Shown here in pieces: positions 1-12,960 of a DNA stretch of 64,000 nucleotides (the first letter of the stretch is position 1; each line of letters starts with the position of its first letter). Under the pieces are notes generated by a model. The model was given only the letters and a program-made list of their open reading frames with translations. It ran no database searches and had not been told where the DNA came from. Both the position numbers and the translations under genes were made by a program. Source of the DNA: Anaerolineae bacterium (lineage in GTDB: Bacteria; Chloroflexota; Anaerolineae; UBA1429); NCBI GenBank assembly GCA_963675785.1, contig OY776562.1, forward strand, positions 640,001-704,000, in the 5' to 3' direction.

Positions 1-40
1 TGATTCTCAGAGGGATATATTTTGTCACAAGGAGACGAAC

Positions 41-382
41 GTGACTGAGGAACTCAAGAAACTCGATAGTCGCCTGGAAAGCATCGCTTGGGCCGCTTTC
101 CTCATTATGGCCGGCACTTATTTGCTCTTTCGCTGGTTCTTGCCCGACGGCATGTGGGGGCTAGGTATTGGCGTGGTGTTGCTGGGGCTGAATGTGGCGC
201 GTTATTTGAACGGGCTGAGCATGAGTACTTTTACCGTTGTGCTCGGTTTCCTCGCCTTTGGCAGTGGCCTTGGCAGCCTGCTGGGTGTGAACTTGCCCAT
301 GCTGCCTATTCTGTTGGTGATCATCGGCCTCTATTTGGTGCTACGGCCCCGCCTGGAAAAAGATCGCAAGCTGTTCAAGTAA
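41..382 (+). CDS. Small integral membrane protein, hypothetical (about 4 TM segments)
   Basis: 113 aa hydrophobic ORF; AAGGAG RBS before the GTG start. Confidence 0.8.
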   Translation: MTEELKKLDSRLESIAWAAFLIMAGTYLLFRWFLPDGMWGLGIGVVLLGLNVARYLNGLSMSTFTVVLGFLAFGSGLGSLLGVNLPMLPILLVIIGLYLVLRPRLEKDRKLFK

Positions 383-383
383 G

Positions 384-420
384 AAAAAAAGGGGAGGATG
401 CTAGCCATTCTCCCCTTTTC
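384..420. terminator. Bidirectional intrinsic terminator between convergent genes
   Basis: A-run, GGGGAGGATG-ctagc-CATTCTCCCC hairpin, T-run. Confidence 0.75.
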
Positions 421-427
421 AATTTAG

Positions 428-2602
428 TTATTCTGCGACTACACAGCCCCACACCTGAAATTCGCTTAAACAGGCATCCTCGTAGGTTGTGCCTTCGTAA
501 ACGCTCTCGATGCGCATACGAACTGTCTGTGTAGTGATGTTCCGGTCAGCCAGATAGATATTTTGCAGTGATAGGTTGTCATCCAACACTACTTCGACAC
601 TCGTCGAATCAAAGATCAACTCGACGACGCGTGGCCGTGCGTTGGCACTGTACAGGTCCTTGGGCTCGGTAAAGCCGTTGACAATATTAATGGCGTTGAT
701 GCGGATCTCTCCGGGAAAATCGAGTTGCAGCCATTCACCCTCCCCTGATCCTTCGGCCCCTTCTACCCAGCAGCTATTGGCATTGCCGTCGATAGCAAAG
801 ACCGGTGAAAAGGTCTTTTTACCCTCGGTCAGCGTCGAAGAGGCACTGGTGGTGGCGAACAGAGACAAGTTACGTGGCGTCGTAGCACCATCCTCTAGAA
901 AATCGATCCGATCGGTGGCAATCTGCCGATTCTGAACATCAGGCACGTTCTCATTCAAGGTGCCCCAGACACGGATGGTTGCGCCAGTCCAAGCAGCCTG
1001 TTCCAAGGTCTCGGATGTAGCACTGTCGGCGGTGATGCCGAATTGCTCGTTGTCATCTCGTTGAAAGTAGAGATCGTATTGGTTACCGGGCTCCGTCTTG
1101 ACGACGATGCCCTCCCAGGCCTCCACCACTGAAGAGACGATCTCTGGTGCCTCCAGGCTGATTTGCATCTCGATGCGCTTGATTTTCAATTGCGGCTGCC
1201 CGTCTGCATCGATCAGCTCAGCCCATACGTGAACGGTTTCGCCATTATCGGCGATTTCGGCCAGTTTTTCGGTAATGGCATCACTGGCAGAGATGAGGGG
1301 GTAGGTATAGCTGTCATAGATCTGATGCTGGAAAAAGTATTCGTTCTCCGCACCTTCGACGGCGGAAACCGTGCCCCACCAGACGACGGATTCCCCGCAT
1401 TCACCCACAGCCAGCGTCTTGAGGGCGCGCTCGGCGATGGTGATCAAGTTGGGATCCATATCAAAACTGGCATAATCCTCTGTGCCGTTGCTAGAGAGGC
1501 TAATGCCGAATTCCGAACCGCCAGCTGCAAAGCCGCTGGTGCCGCCATAGTAGACTGCTTTGGTGGTTGAACCAGAGACCAGCGGGACGATCAGTACCTC
1601 TGTGCCAGCGATTTCAATGCTGCCATTGCTACCCCAATCGCCGGAGCCAGGCGCGTAGCTAAAGATGTTATTGCTGCCCCCCTCACGCACTTGAATAACC
1701 AACCTTGCGTCGTCGCCAGCAAACTCGACCGAGGCCGCATAGGTAAAGCCTGCGCCGGGGTCGCCGGCTTCGCGCTCAATGACCTGCCAATCGGCGGGAT
1801 AGTCGATCGAAAATCCGTATTCCTCGTTGATATAGGTCTTCCACTCGATAGAGTGGGCAGCCCATAGCATGTCATCTACCAAGAGTTGTGTTACTTCGAT
1901 CTGAAAGCCGTAGGCATCGGGTACCAAGCGTCGCAACGTGCCGCTAACTGTAAACTCTTGATCGCTATCGCGTAACAGGTCGAGCTGAGCATTGATTTCA
2001 TCGTCGAGCGAGTTGATGCCAAAGCTGGTGGTGCCATAAACGCTAGCTCGGTTATCGCTGAGGGTGAAATAATCGTTGAACTGGACGCCTATCTCGGTCG
2101 AATGCAAAGTGCCGGTCCAGTCGCTAATCTCTTCCTCACCATAGGGGACGATAAGCGAGACGATGATCTGCACACCGTTCACATCCAATTGCTCATCGAC
2201 CAACATGCCGCTGATGCCCACCAGTTGGCCAGTATCGCGCAGGGCATCCATCTGCTCATTGACATCGTTGCTCAGTGCTTCGATGCCGTATTTGTCGCCA
2301 TTGGGGTTTTCAAAATAGTCATCGTACTGGGCCATAGGTGGCGTGCTATAGATATAGCCCACCCAGCTTTCCACTGGTTCCCCCTCCAACAGTGCCGGGC
2401 CATTCTCTTCCGATACCGTCGTTGGTATGGGGGTGGATGTCGGCTCTGTTGTTACGGTTGCAGCTTTTGTTGCTGTTTGGGTGGGCTCAGAACTTGCCCG
2501 CGTTGCTAGGGGTGTTGCAGTAGGCTCTGCCTCGGGCGTGCAGCCTGCTGCGAGTAGTGCTACTAGGACCAGTGTAATCAGAGCGAGTCGTTGTCTGGAC
2601 AT
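428..2602 (-). CDS. Surface lipoprotein with four internal ~75 aa repeats, a PsbP-like domain and a C-terminal discoidin/NADase-type glycan-binding-like domain
   Basis: Start moved to MSRQR (GGGAGG RBS at 2613-2618); lipobox LAAGC; P/T linker; WKTYINEEYGFSIDYPADW; AIDGN..WVEG..G.GEWL motif. Confidence 0.75.
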   Translation of the reverse strand: MSRQRLALITLVLVALLAAGCTPEAEPTATPLATRASSEPTQTATKAATVTTEPTSTPIPTTVSEENGPALLEGEPVESWVGYIYSTPPMAQYDDYFENPNGDKYGIEALSNDVNEQMDALRDTGQLVGISGMLVDEQLDVNGVQIIVSLIVPYGEEEISDWTGTLHSTEIGVQFNDYFTLSDNRASVYGTTSFGINSLDDEINAQLDLLRDSDQEFTVSGTLRRLVPDAYGFQIEVTQLLVDDMLWAAHSIEWKTYINEEYGFSIDYPADWQVIEREAGDPGAGFTYAASVEFAGDDARLVIQVREGGSNNIFSYAPGSGDWGSNGSIEIAGTEVLIVPLVSGSTTKAVYYGGTSGFAAGGSEFGISLSSNGTEDYASFDMDPNLITIAERALKTLAVGECGESVVWWGTVSAVEGAENEYFFQHQIYDSYTYPLISASDAITEKLAEIADNGETVHVWAELIDADGQPQLKIKRIEMQISLEAPEIVSSVVEAWEGIVVKTEPGNQYDLYFQRDDNEQFGITADSATSETLEQAAWTGATIRVWGTLNENVPDVQNRQIATDRIDFLEDGATTPRNLSLFATTSASSTLTEGKKTFSPVFAIDGNANSCWVEGAEGSGEGEWLQLDFPGEIRINAINIVNGFTEPKDLYSANARPRVVELIFDSTSVEVVLDDNLSLQNIYLADRNITTQTVRMRIESVYEGTTYEDACLSEFQVWGCVVAE

Positions 2603-2722
2603 ATTTCTGTGACCTCCCTTTTCGTACAGTCGCACATATGCTACGGCTAGCAGCTATCAGTTGTTCCAGAGAGGCCCAAAGATCATCTAAATGTTGTATA
2701 GCGCGTCAAAATCAGTTGATGT

Positions 2723-5587
<2,865 letters not shown>

Positions 5588-5619
5588 AGCGTTTGTGGGC
5601 TCCCGGGTAATTGCGTATT

Positions 5620-5633
5620 AGAATATTTGTTCT
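5620..5633. promoter_or_regulatory. Putative LexA (SOS) box upstream of uvrA
   Basis: AGAACAAATATTCT on the minus strand; one mismatch to the GAAC-N4-GTTC box used by Gram-positives and Chloroflexi. Confidence 0.7.
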
Positions 5634-5700
5634 ATATTCTAGCACAACCTTGCGGAGACGCAAGAATAATTTCGTCCCTGCAAGGATTTGGGAGTTTAAA

Positions 5701-6531
5701 CTAGAGCGTGATGCCGCCCTCTTGAGCCACACTGCGGACATAGGCGGCAGCCTGATCATATTGGGCTTTAGCGTGGAGGTGTTCGAGCATCAGAGGTACA
5801 TCATCGAGCTGGTTCAATTCGCGCAAATAGACGGCATAGTCCAATCCGCCAGTGCCGGCAATGCATTCATCCAAATGTACCGTCAGCTTTTCCGCCAGGC
5901 AGATGTCTTTGGCGTGGCAGCTCTTAATATAGGGCCCCAGCTTGGAAAAACAATCGCGCAGCAGAGCGGCATTCTCAAAATAACGCTGTGGACTGTTGAT
6001 AATGTTGACCGGGTCTAAATGGACGCCGAACTGAGGGCGGGCAATGGCCCGAATCAGTTGCAAATAGCTGTCTGCCGAGTCGGGATAAGCCCAGGGCATG
6101 GTCTCCAGGGCATAGTAGGTTCGTGTGGGCTGCACGGTATCAATAATCTCGCGTACCACCTCGACGATTCGCTCAAAGGTTTCTTCCGTCAGGTTGTCGG
6201 GGTGGGGACCATCCCACACAGTAGAACGAGAGCCGCTGATGTTCACACAGCAGCGTGCGCCGATACGCTCGGCCAGGCTCAGGCCGTCTACGCATTTGGC
6301 TATGGCCCGGGCACTCTCGTCGGCATCATAGCTGATGGGATTTGACCAGGCGCCTACTTCGGCGATAACGATATCGTTCCTTTTGGCAGCTTGGGCATAG
6401 GCATGAATGGTCGCCTCGTTGGCATCTAGCTTGAGCGGACAATAGGCGGCGCGATAGCCTTTGGCGCGTACGGCTGCGGCCCATTGTTCGGGGGTTTCAA
6501 AGGTACCGAATACAGGTGCGCCCAATCTCAT
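5701..6531 (-). CDS. Sugar phosphate isomerase/epimerase (xylose isomerase-like TIM barrel)
   Basis: ALETMP, HLDPVN, CHAKD and LEH metal-binding motifs; start MRLGAP after AAGGAG. Confidence 0.85.
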   Translation of the reverse strand: MRLGAPVFGTFETPEQWAAAVRAKGYRAAYCPLKLDANEATIHAYAQAAKRNDIVIAEVGAWSNPISYDADESARAIAKCVDGLSLAERIGARCCVNISGSRSTVWDGPHPDNLTEETFERIVEVVREIIDTVQPTRTYYALETMPWAYPDSADSYLQLIRAIARPQFGVHLDPVNIINSPQRYFENAALLRDCFSKLGPYIKSCHAKDICLAEKLTVHLDECIAGTGGLDYAVYLRELNQLDDVPLMLEHLHAKAQYDQAAAYVRSVAQEGGITL

Positions 6532-6658
6532 TGTGCTCTCCTTTGCTAACAGGTGGAAGAACACTAGCGCACTTGATAATTGGCGTCAATGGCGCAGGGC
6601 AACAAAAAGGCTGCGAGTGGTTGAGACTCGCAGCCTGGCACAACATGTGCTGTATCGG

Positions 6659-8005
6659 TTATTTGCGATAGGTGGAAGCGAGGGCATTCTCGGCGGCATC
6701 AACGAGTTGATACGTAACAGGTGAAGCGGTCAGTTTGGGGTGGGTGCCCGTCTGGAAGGTGGCAATGTCATCTGCGGTCATGCTGCTGTGAATGCAGGCG
6801 CTGATGGCGTTGATGAGCTCGCCGCCGCTTTCGGGGCCGCTCACCTGTCCGCCGATGAGAATCTTGGTAGCAGTATCAAAAATCAGCTTGACCTTCATAG
6901 GCACCATGCCGGGCAATGAACCGGGATGACGATTGGGCCCCTGAGCTACGCCAACGAGCACTTCATAGCCATTTTCACGGGCACCGGCCTCGGTCATGCC
7001 TGCGGCGCAGAATGTCGTGCCGCCTACGATGGTCGAGTACACACCAATGACACCGGTATTGGCGCGGCGCAGATCGTAGAGGTTGGCACCAGCAATGCGG
7101 GCTTCCATGGAGGCGATGGAGGCTAACTTGAGTTTGCTGGGTTTGCCATCGTAAAAGGACCACTTTTCGGTGCAGTCGCCACAGGCCAAGATATCTTGGT
7201 CACTGGTGCGCATATAGCGGTCGACGGCGATACCTCCACCTTCTCCAATTGCCAACCCGGCTGTTTTAGCCAGCTCGGAGTTGGACCGTGCGCCGATACC
7301 CATGATGACCATATCGGCGGGAATGACACGGCCACTCCCCAAACGAACGCCCGTCACTTTGTCTGTACCCAGGATTTCGGCAACGCGCTCAGAACCGAGG
7401 ATTTCGATGCCCTGATCGCCGAGTTCCTTTTCGACCATCTTGGAAAACTCGACATCATAGGTGAGCTGCAGGCAGTGGTTTAGCATCTCGACGATGGTGA
7501 GATGCACGCTTCTCTCTTTGATGCATTCTTCGGCAATCTCGACGCCGATAAAGCCGCAGCCTACAATGACGATATTGGTGGCTGCATCCATAACCTGCAC
7601 CATGTCATCCAAATAGTTCTGTTCTTTGAGGATGGCATACACGCCTGGCAGGTTGGAGCCAGGAATGGGGGGCACTACGGGCAATGAGCCTGTTGCTAGA
7701 ATGAGGCGCCCATAGCTGATGACTTTGCCATCTTGCATGATGATCTCATGGGCAGCTCGGTCGAGTTCTTGTACCCCGCCGATGGTGAGATCGATATTAT
7801 GGGCCTGCAGGCCAGCATCAGAGATCAGGTTATTGGCGCAGGTGTGCAATTCGCCAAAGACATAGGGTATGCCGCAGGGTATAACAGTACGCTCTTCTCT
7901 GCGCACAACGAGTATTGTTTTATCAGGATATTGCCGACGAGCTGTAATAGCGGCCGGTAGACCGGCTGCACTGCCCCCGATGACTACCACGTCATATGCT
8001 CTCAT
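6659..8005 (-). CDS. FAD-dependent pyridine nucleotide-disulfide oxidoreductase (NADH oxidase / CoA-disulfide reductase family)
   Basis: GGSAAG, redox Cys in IPCGIPY, ATGS, GCGFIGVE, GDC and a C-terminal dimerisation domain; start MRAYD after AAGGAG. Confidence 0.9.
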   Translation of the reverse strand: MRAYDVVVIGGSAAGLPAAITARRQYPDKTILVVRREERTVIPCGIPYVFGELHTCANNLISDAGLQAHNIDLTIGGVQELDRAAHEIIMQDGKVISYGRLILATGSLPVVPPIPGSNLPGVYAILKEQNYLDDMVQVMDAATNIVIVGCGFIGVEIAEECIKERSVHLTIVEMLNHCLQLTYDVEFSKMVEKELGDQGIEILGSERVAEILGTDKVTGVRLGSGRVIPADMVIMGIGARSNSELAKTAGLAIGEGGGIAVDRYMRTSDQDILACGDCTEKWSFYDGKPSKLKLASIASMEARIAGANLYDLRRANTGVIGVYSTIVGGTTFCAAGMTEAGARENGYEVLVGVAQGPNRHPGSLPGMVPMKVKLIFDTATKILIGGQVSGPESGGELINAISACIHSSMTADDIATFQTGTHPKLTASPVTYQLVDAAENALASTYRK

Positions 8006-8083
8006 GCTCTTCCGCTCCTTAGTAGGCTTGTACCCAAATTCATACAAATACAGCTTAGTACAAGTCGGATTTGCAGTCAACGT

Positions 8084-8100
8084 GTACCCCGTAAGGGTAT
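8084..8100. promoter_or_regulatory. CsoR/CstR-like operator palindrome
   Basis: TACCC-cgtaa-GGGTA immediately upstream of a possible TTGACT-17-TAAGCT promoter on the minus strand. Confidence 0.5.
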
Positions 8101-8105
8101 CAATT

Positions 8106-8624
8106 CTATTTTGCTTCTTCGTCTTTGGCCTTTGTGTCAATCGTCTGAATAAAGATTGTTTTCCCTGCGGTATAAGCACTTCCATCGTGTGGGTACTGCT
8201 TGGCAAGCTGTTGTTTGAGCTCAGCGTACGCTTTTGCTTCGTCAGGATGGGCGCGCAGGTAGGCTACAAAGCGCAGATGGCGAGCAACCTCTGGATGTCC
8301 GACATTAAAAGCATGGATATGCGCCTCATGGATATCAACTGTGCCGCGAATATAGTACCGCCGCCCGGCGATACCATTTTCGCCCTTGGGTATATAGCCG
8401 TTACGTCGCATCATCTCGTCTAGTGAATCCAGCGCGCATAGATCGTGCACCTCAACCAGTAGATCAATGGTGGGTTTGGCACAGATGGCTTGGATGGCGG
8501 TGCTGCCCACATGGTGAACGCGTACAATGCGTTCACCCCATAGCTGATCGAGGTGTTCCTTTTCTTGCTCGTACTGAGTGGCCCATTCAGGTCGGTGTTC
8601 AACCAGTGCAATCGTGCGACTCAT
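8106..8624 (-). CDS. GrpB family protein (UPF0157, nucleotidyltransferase-like)
   Basis: HVGSTAI..AKPTIDL, HLRF..YLR.HP, Y.ELK, YTAGK; start MSRTI overlaps the upstream stop (ATGA). Confidence 0.9.
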   Translation of the reverse strand: MSRTIALVEHRPEWATQYEQEKEHLDQLWGERIVRVHHVGSTAIQAICAKPTIDLLVEVHDLCALDSLDEMMRRNGYIPKGENGIAGRRYYIRGTVDIHEAHIHAFNVGHPEVARHLRFVAYLRAHPDEAKAYAELKQQLAKQYPHDGSAYTAGKTIFIQTIDTKAKDEEAK

Positions 8625-9481
8625 GTGGCTTCGTTCTTTGAACGGGGTGCCGCATTCATGATGTGGTTCATCCACATGGCTTGCAGCAGAGTCAACAAAA
8701 ACGTCAGCAGCACCAGCCACCATTTGGAGGCAAAGAAATTGCTGGCTGCCGTGATATAGTGATAGCCGGGTGGCGTAAGCAACAAGTGATGCGCTACGGG
8801 AGTGACAAGATAACCAATGGTGACAATGCCAAGATAGAGTGGCCAGGGTGAACGGCAAGCGCCTAGCTTGCGGCAGCTATTACGCAAAAGCCAAGCCCAC
8901 AGAGGGCCTACGCATAGGCAGGCTACAACCATAATACCAGCTGTTAGCGGCGTAGTTGATCTCCACCCCGGCAGTTCGATGATCTGCCCCACGAGCAGAA
9001 CGGGAGCAATGCCCACACTCACCAGGGCTTGCCTGAATAGGAGGCGCAGATCACGATAGGCCATAACCGATACTGCCGCGGCAAGGGCGGTTCCACCAAG
9101 GGCCAACAGTGTGCAGCCCAGAACATCAACTGGTGGAACTGATGGCTTGCCCCCCAACAAGATGATAGCCGGGATGCCGCCTGCCAGCAGAGGCGTGGCA
9201 TAGAGCCACATGTGTAGCCAACTAGGACCGGATTTGTTGGGCTGGTTTCGGTGAGCAATGCCCAAAATGGCTAGAGTGAGCGTAGACAGACACAACACCA
9301 GCCCAGAGGCCACCAATCCGGCCATCCAGTAACGCCCCCGGGTGATGACATCAAGAGCTCCTGCATTCAGATGTCCCACCAGAAAGACGCGTTCGGGCTC
9401 AGCAATAGCAAACCAGTAGGCCACCAGTCCTAAAATGATAGCGTCTGCCGCAACGGCCCAGGTTAGCTCGTTTCTCTTCAT
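8621..9481 (-). CDS. Hypothetical multi-pass membrane protein
   Basis: 286 aa with about 8 hydrophobic segments; AAGGAGG RBS. Confidence 0.75.
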   Translation of the reverse strand: MKRNELTWAVAADAIILGLVAYWFAIAEPERVFLVGHLNAGALDVITRGRYWMAGLVASGLVLCLSTLTLAILGIAHRNQPNKSGPSWLHMWLYATPLLAGGIPAIILLGGKPSVPPVDVLGCTLLALGGTALAAAVSVMAYRDLRLLFRQALVSVGIAPVLLVGQIIELPGWRSTTPLTAGIMVVACLCVGPLWAWLLRNSCRKLGACRSPWPLYLGIVTIGYLVTPVAHHLLLTPPGYHYITAASNFFASKWWLVLLTFLLTLLQAMWMNHIMNAAPRSKNEAT

Positions 9482-9536
9482 CGAGTCGATCCTCCTTGCG
9501 CATGCCTGGTCAGGCTGCCCTCACTGGATGCTTTGC

Positions 9537-11405
9537 CTAGAAATCGGCGTGCGAAACTTGCAGTTGCGTGATCTCCAGACTAACGGGGATATCCAAATCG
9601 GCGGCGATCATGTCTCGGGCAGTCTGCGCGCTAGCTTCATCCAAGCTTTCTGATTTTACAATAACAGAGATGACGAGGCCATCGGCAGTTTCTTCCATTT
9701 TCCAGCTATCAATACTGCTGTCAGGGACGGTTTGGGAGATGGCGCTTTGCAAACTGGTTTGAACGTGATTTGCAAACACCTCTTTTTGAACTGCATTGAT
9801 ACCAATCGCAGCCAGAATGATAATAACTGTTGCCAAAAGCACCGTGGTGCCCAAAAGACCGCCGCGGAACGTCTTACCATGTTGCCCATCGCCTGAGCGA
9901 GGGTGAAAACCCATCCACAAAAAGATGACCACGGCTGCGGATACGATAGCTACGAGGTTAGTAAGGAACAGCAGCAGAGCCTGCACCCCCAGCGTTAACT
10001 CGCCAGAGCCTACAAGTAGGCCGACAGTAGCCAAAGGCGGCACCAAGGCCACAGCGATAGCCACACCCGAAAGGGCACCTGCGGCCTCTCGGCGAGAGGT
10101 GGCATACGCAGCGGCTGCGCCCGACGCCAGAGCAACGCCCAGGTCCAGCAGAGTGGGTGAGGTTCGCCCCAGCATCTGGTCGGTGATGTTAGACCCCGGC
10201 ACCAGCCAGCCCAGGAACAAACTAACTCCGAATACCAGCAGGACGCCCTGAACCAGCGTGCGTAACGAGAGCCTTAGCATACGCTGATCTCCCTGTACGA
10301 CACTGAGACTGGTGCCCAGCAATGAGGACATGAGCGGCGCAATAATCATGGCGCCGATGATGACCGCCGAGCTGTTGAGCAAAAGACCAAGGGAGGCAAT
10401 GACGGCGGATAGGATTATCATTGTGTTGAAATCGGCGTCTGTACGCGACTGGCGTCGAACGCGGCGATAGATCTCGATGCGTTCTTCGAGAGTAAGTTGT
10501 GGCATGAGCTTGAGTAAGCCCCAACGTGCTTGCCGAAGAGCCGCTCGAGAAGCGCTATCTCTGCGACGCACAATAAAGAGCGGTATCTGCGAGCGCTGGG
10601 CAAGCTCTTGGGGAAGGTTGCCAAAGAGCAGGCGGTCTACCAAACTCTCGCGGGTGGCACCAATAAGGATGAGTTCGTGTTCGGCTGCTTCTTGAAGAAT
10701 GCCGTCGATGACACCGCGCGATAACACCACATGAGGATGTAAACGTTCATTTTGGCCAAAGGGTTCTACCACAGAACGAATCAGATCCCACTGGGAAAGC
10801 GTAGCTGTGGGGCTTAGGTCCGGATTGGCGATACGCACGGCGCTCATCTCCGCCTGAGGAGCCATATCCAGTCCCAGGCTGATGGCCAGTGAGGCGTTGG
10901 GGCCAGCACCGGTTGGTACCAATATCTGCTTGAGGTTGGCCATTCTCTTGGAAAAAGATGCGGCATCTTCGGTCACGCGCAGCACAATTACGTCGCAAGA
11001 TGCATTTTGGATGAGCGGATCGAGCGTTGTGCCCAGTACGTATGAACCACGCGAAGGCTGGCCGCGCCATACCAGCGAGAGCAGATCGGGCTCTTGATCC
11101 CGTACGAAGGAGAGCAAAAGATCTGCGCTGTTTAGGCCAACCAGCACGACAGGTTCTTGCACAACATCATCAAATTCTGAGGGGATGGACAGCCAATCAG
11201 GCGGTGCCTCTCGTTCTCCCACATGCACAGGTATGATCGTGCCCTGGCGTGATCGGGCTAGTGGCACCAGGGCGGCTAACTGGATAGACAGGTGTTCGGC
11301 AGTCCCGACTGCGGCGATGATGCGGTAGGCAGTCAATTCATCCTGATGTTTCTCAGCCGATAGGCCGTCTGGAATTGGGAGTCTCGAAGAAAATAGAGAG
11401 GTCAT
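9537..11405 (-). CDS. Universal-stress-like domains fused to a DUF389/TIGR00341 membrane domain
   Basis: ILVPTGAGPNA and IGATRES..FGN.P (USP); SSAVIIGAMIIAPLM and GVAIAVALVPPL (DUF389). Confidence 0.85.
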   Translation of the reverse strand: MTSLFSSRLPIPDGLSAEKHQDELTAYRIIAAVGTAEHLSIQLAALVPLARSRQGTIIPVHVGEREAPPDWLSIPSEFDDVVQEPVVLVGLNSADLLLSFVRDQEPDLLSLVWRGQPSRGSYVLGTTLDPLIQNASCDVIVLRVTEDAASFSKRMANLKQILVPTGAGPNASLAISLGLDMAPQAEMSAVRIANPDLSPTATLSQWDLIRSVVEPFGQNERLHPHVVLSRGVIDGILQEAAEHELILIGATRESLVDRLLFGNLPQELAQRSQIPLFIVRRRDSASRAALRQARWGLLKLMPQLTLEERIEIYRRVRRQSRTDADFNTMIILSAVIASLGLLLNSSAVIIGAMIIAPLMSSLLGTSLSVVQGDQRMLRLSLRTLVQGVLLVFGVSLFLGWLVPGSNITDQMLGRTSPTLLDLGVALASGAAAAYATSRREAAGALSGVAIAVALVPPLATVGLLVGSGELTLGVQALLLFLTNLVAIVSAAVVIFLWMGFHPRSGDGQHGKTFRGGLLGTTVLLATVIIILAAIGINAVQKEVFANHVQTSLQSAISQTVPDSSIDSWKMEETADGLVISVIVKSESLDEASAQTARDMIAADLDIPVSLEITQLQVSHADF

Positions 11406-11501
11406 CTCGATCTGTCATCCTGTGTTAAGGGCCAACTAAAGAGCAGCACCCAAAGCGATAACTATGCTTGCCGCATGTTACACAGTACCATTGTACCATG
11501 A

Positions 11502-12791
11502 TTACAGAATAGACTCACAGGGAGGTTCTTCTGATTGATTTTCAGTTGCATAGGCTCCGCGGGGTGTTTTGAACTGAAACCAGAATAGGATGCCACCAAC
11601 GGTAGAAGCAATGGCCCCCGTCGCGAAAACGGCTCCATAGCTGATCGATGTTGCCAGATATCCGCCGCCAAACGAGACGATCGCATTGCCCACATTAGAA
11701 GCTGCTGTAGTAATACCCGAAAGGAACTGCCGCCATTCCGCCCCCAGTATCTCCTGAATGAACACAATGTAGGCCGGCCGAGCGATTTGCCCTGCGGCGT
11801 TGACAATGAGAAACCCCAAGCCTGCTCCCAGCTCTGAATGTGTAAAAGCCATAACCACCAACCCTACACCTACACCGATAGCCCCCCAACTGACGGTGGG
11901 CACCAATCCCTTCTTTTCGCAGATGCGCGGCGTCATCAGTGCGGCAGGTGCAGCCAAAAGTTGGCCTATGGCGGTGATAACGCCGATGGTGGACGTAGGC
12001 GTATGTAGAACAGTATCTAGATAGACGTTCAGGAAGGTTCGTGCGGCGTTTTCGCCTGCCAAACGCAAGATGGAGACAACTGCCATGCCTGCGATGATAT
12101 TGCGCGCACCAATGGGGAGCACTTTGGGATTTATTGCATCCTTGGTAGATAGCTCACCAATGTCTTGGGTCTTGGCCATGAGGAATAGGGCAGGGATATA
12201 GAGAATTGCTCCTGCAACCAAAGCCCAGCGATAGGGACCTGCGTTATCAACTGTAGTGCTCATCAAGCTGGCAAACAGCGCCGGCAGCCAGCCGCCTATA
12301 AGACTTCCTATGAAACCGCCAAAGGGTGTAAGAGCTGCGTTTAGACTAAATGCCTGCTGTCGCTGTTTTGTTGGTGTTGTAACGGTAAGAAGAGGATGAA
12401 AATTAGGGAAATAAATCCCCGTTGCAATGCCAGAGAGCATGCGCATCAAGATGAACCACCAAGCAGATAATCCCCCCATGAGTTCCCCTAGGGGGAATAG
12501 CAGCGAGCTGATCAGCATCAGGTACATGCTTAGCATCACAACGCGTTTCATGCTGTATCGCCTGGATAGTTTATCTACGCTGAGGCTGGCCCCTATCACG
12601 GCAATCTGGGTCAATCCCGTTAGGATCCCTATGAAGCGCGCGTCATAGCCCAATCGAAGGAGGTACAGGTTCATCAGCACCGACCAGATGCCCCCCCCAA
12701 TGGTGATGACACGTAGGGCGCTTGTGCCCAAGAGTCTAAAAGAGGATTTATCCAGGCGATAATCAAGTGAATTTACAGGCCCTTGTTCCAT
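11502..12791 (-). CDS. MFS transporter
   Basis: About 12 TM segments; NLYLLRLGY..FIG; DKLSRRYSMK loop motif. Confidence 0.88.
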   Translation of the reverse strand: MEQGPVNSLDYRLDKSSFRLLGTSALRVITIGGGIWSVLMNLYLLRLGYDARFIGILTGLTQIAVIGASLSVDKLSRRYSMKRVVMLSMYLMLISSLLFPLGELMGGLSAWWFILMRMLSGIATGIYFPNFHPLLTVTTPTKQRQQAFSLNAALTPFGGFIGSLIGGWLPALFASLMSTTVDNAGPYRWALVAGAILYIPALFLMAKTQDIGELSTKDAINPKVLPIGARNIIAGMAVVSILRLAGENAARTFLNVYLDTVLHTPTSTIGVITAIGQLLAAPAALMTPRICEKKGLVPTVSWGAIGVGVGLVVMAFTHSELGAGLGFLIVNAAGQIARPAYIVFIQEILGAEWRQFLSGITTAASNVGNAIVSFGGGYLATSISYGAVFATGAIASTVGGILFWFQFKTPRGAYATENQSEEPPCESIL

Positions 12792-12905
12792 TATTACCTC
12801 AATTGGCTTACATTTATCTGTCTAGTCATGAGATAGATTCTACCCGCGTAAACAGCCTAGTACAATCCGCACAGAGGGGAACACATGATTACTGTGCTCT
12901 ATACC

Positions 12906-12934
12906 TTGGCAGATTGTTCAAAATCGGTTATAAT
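12906..12934 (+). promoter_or_regulatory. Sigma70-type promoter of the ABC operon
   Basis: TTGGCA-17 nt-TATAAT. Confidence 0.65.
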
Positions 12935-12960
12935 ACCCTTTATAGTTTGCACCTGTGCAA

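Noticed and set aside
8006-8206. N-terminal extensions in the ORF track (also 8625-8858, 18098-18229, 33316-33465, 45578-45733)
   Set aside because: They overlap neighbouring genes or promoters; downstream starts with good RBSs fit the families better
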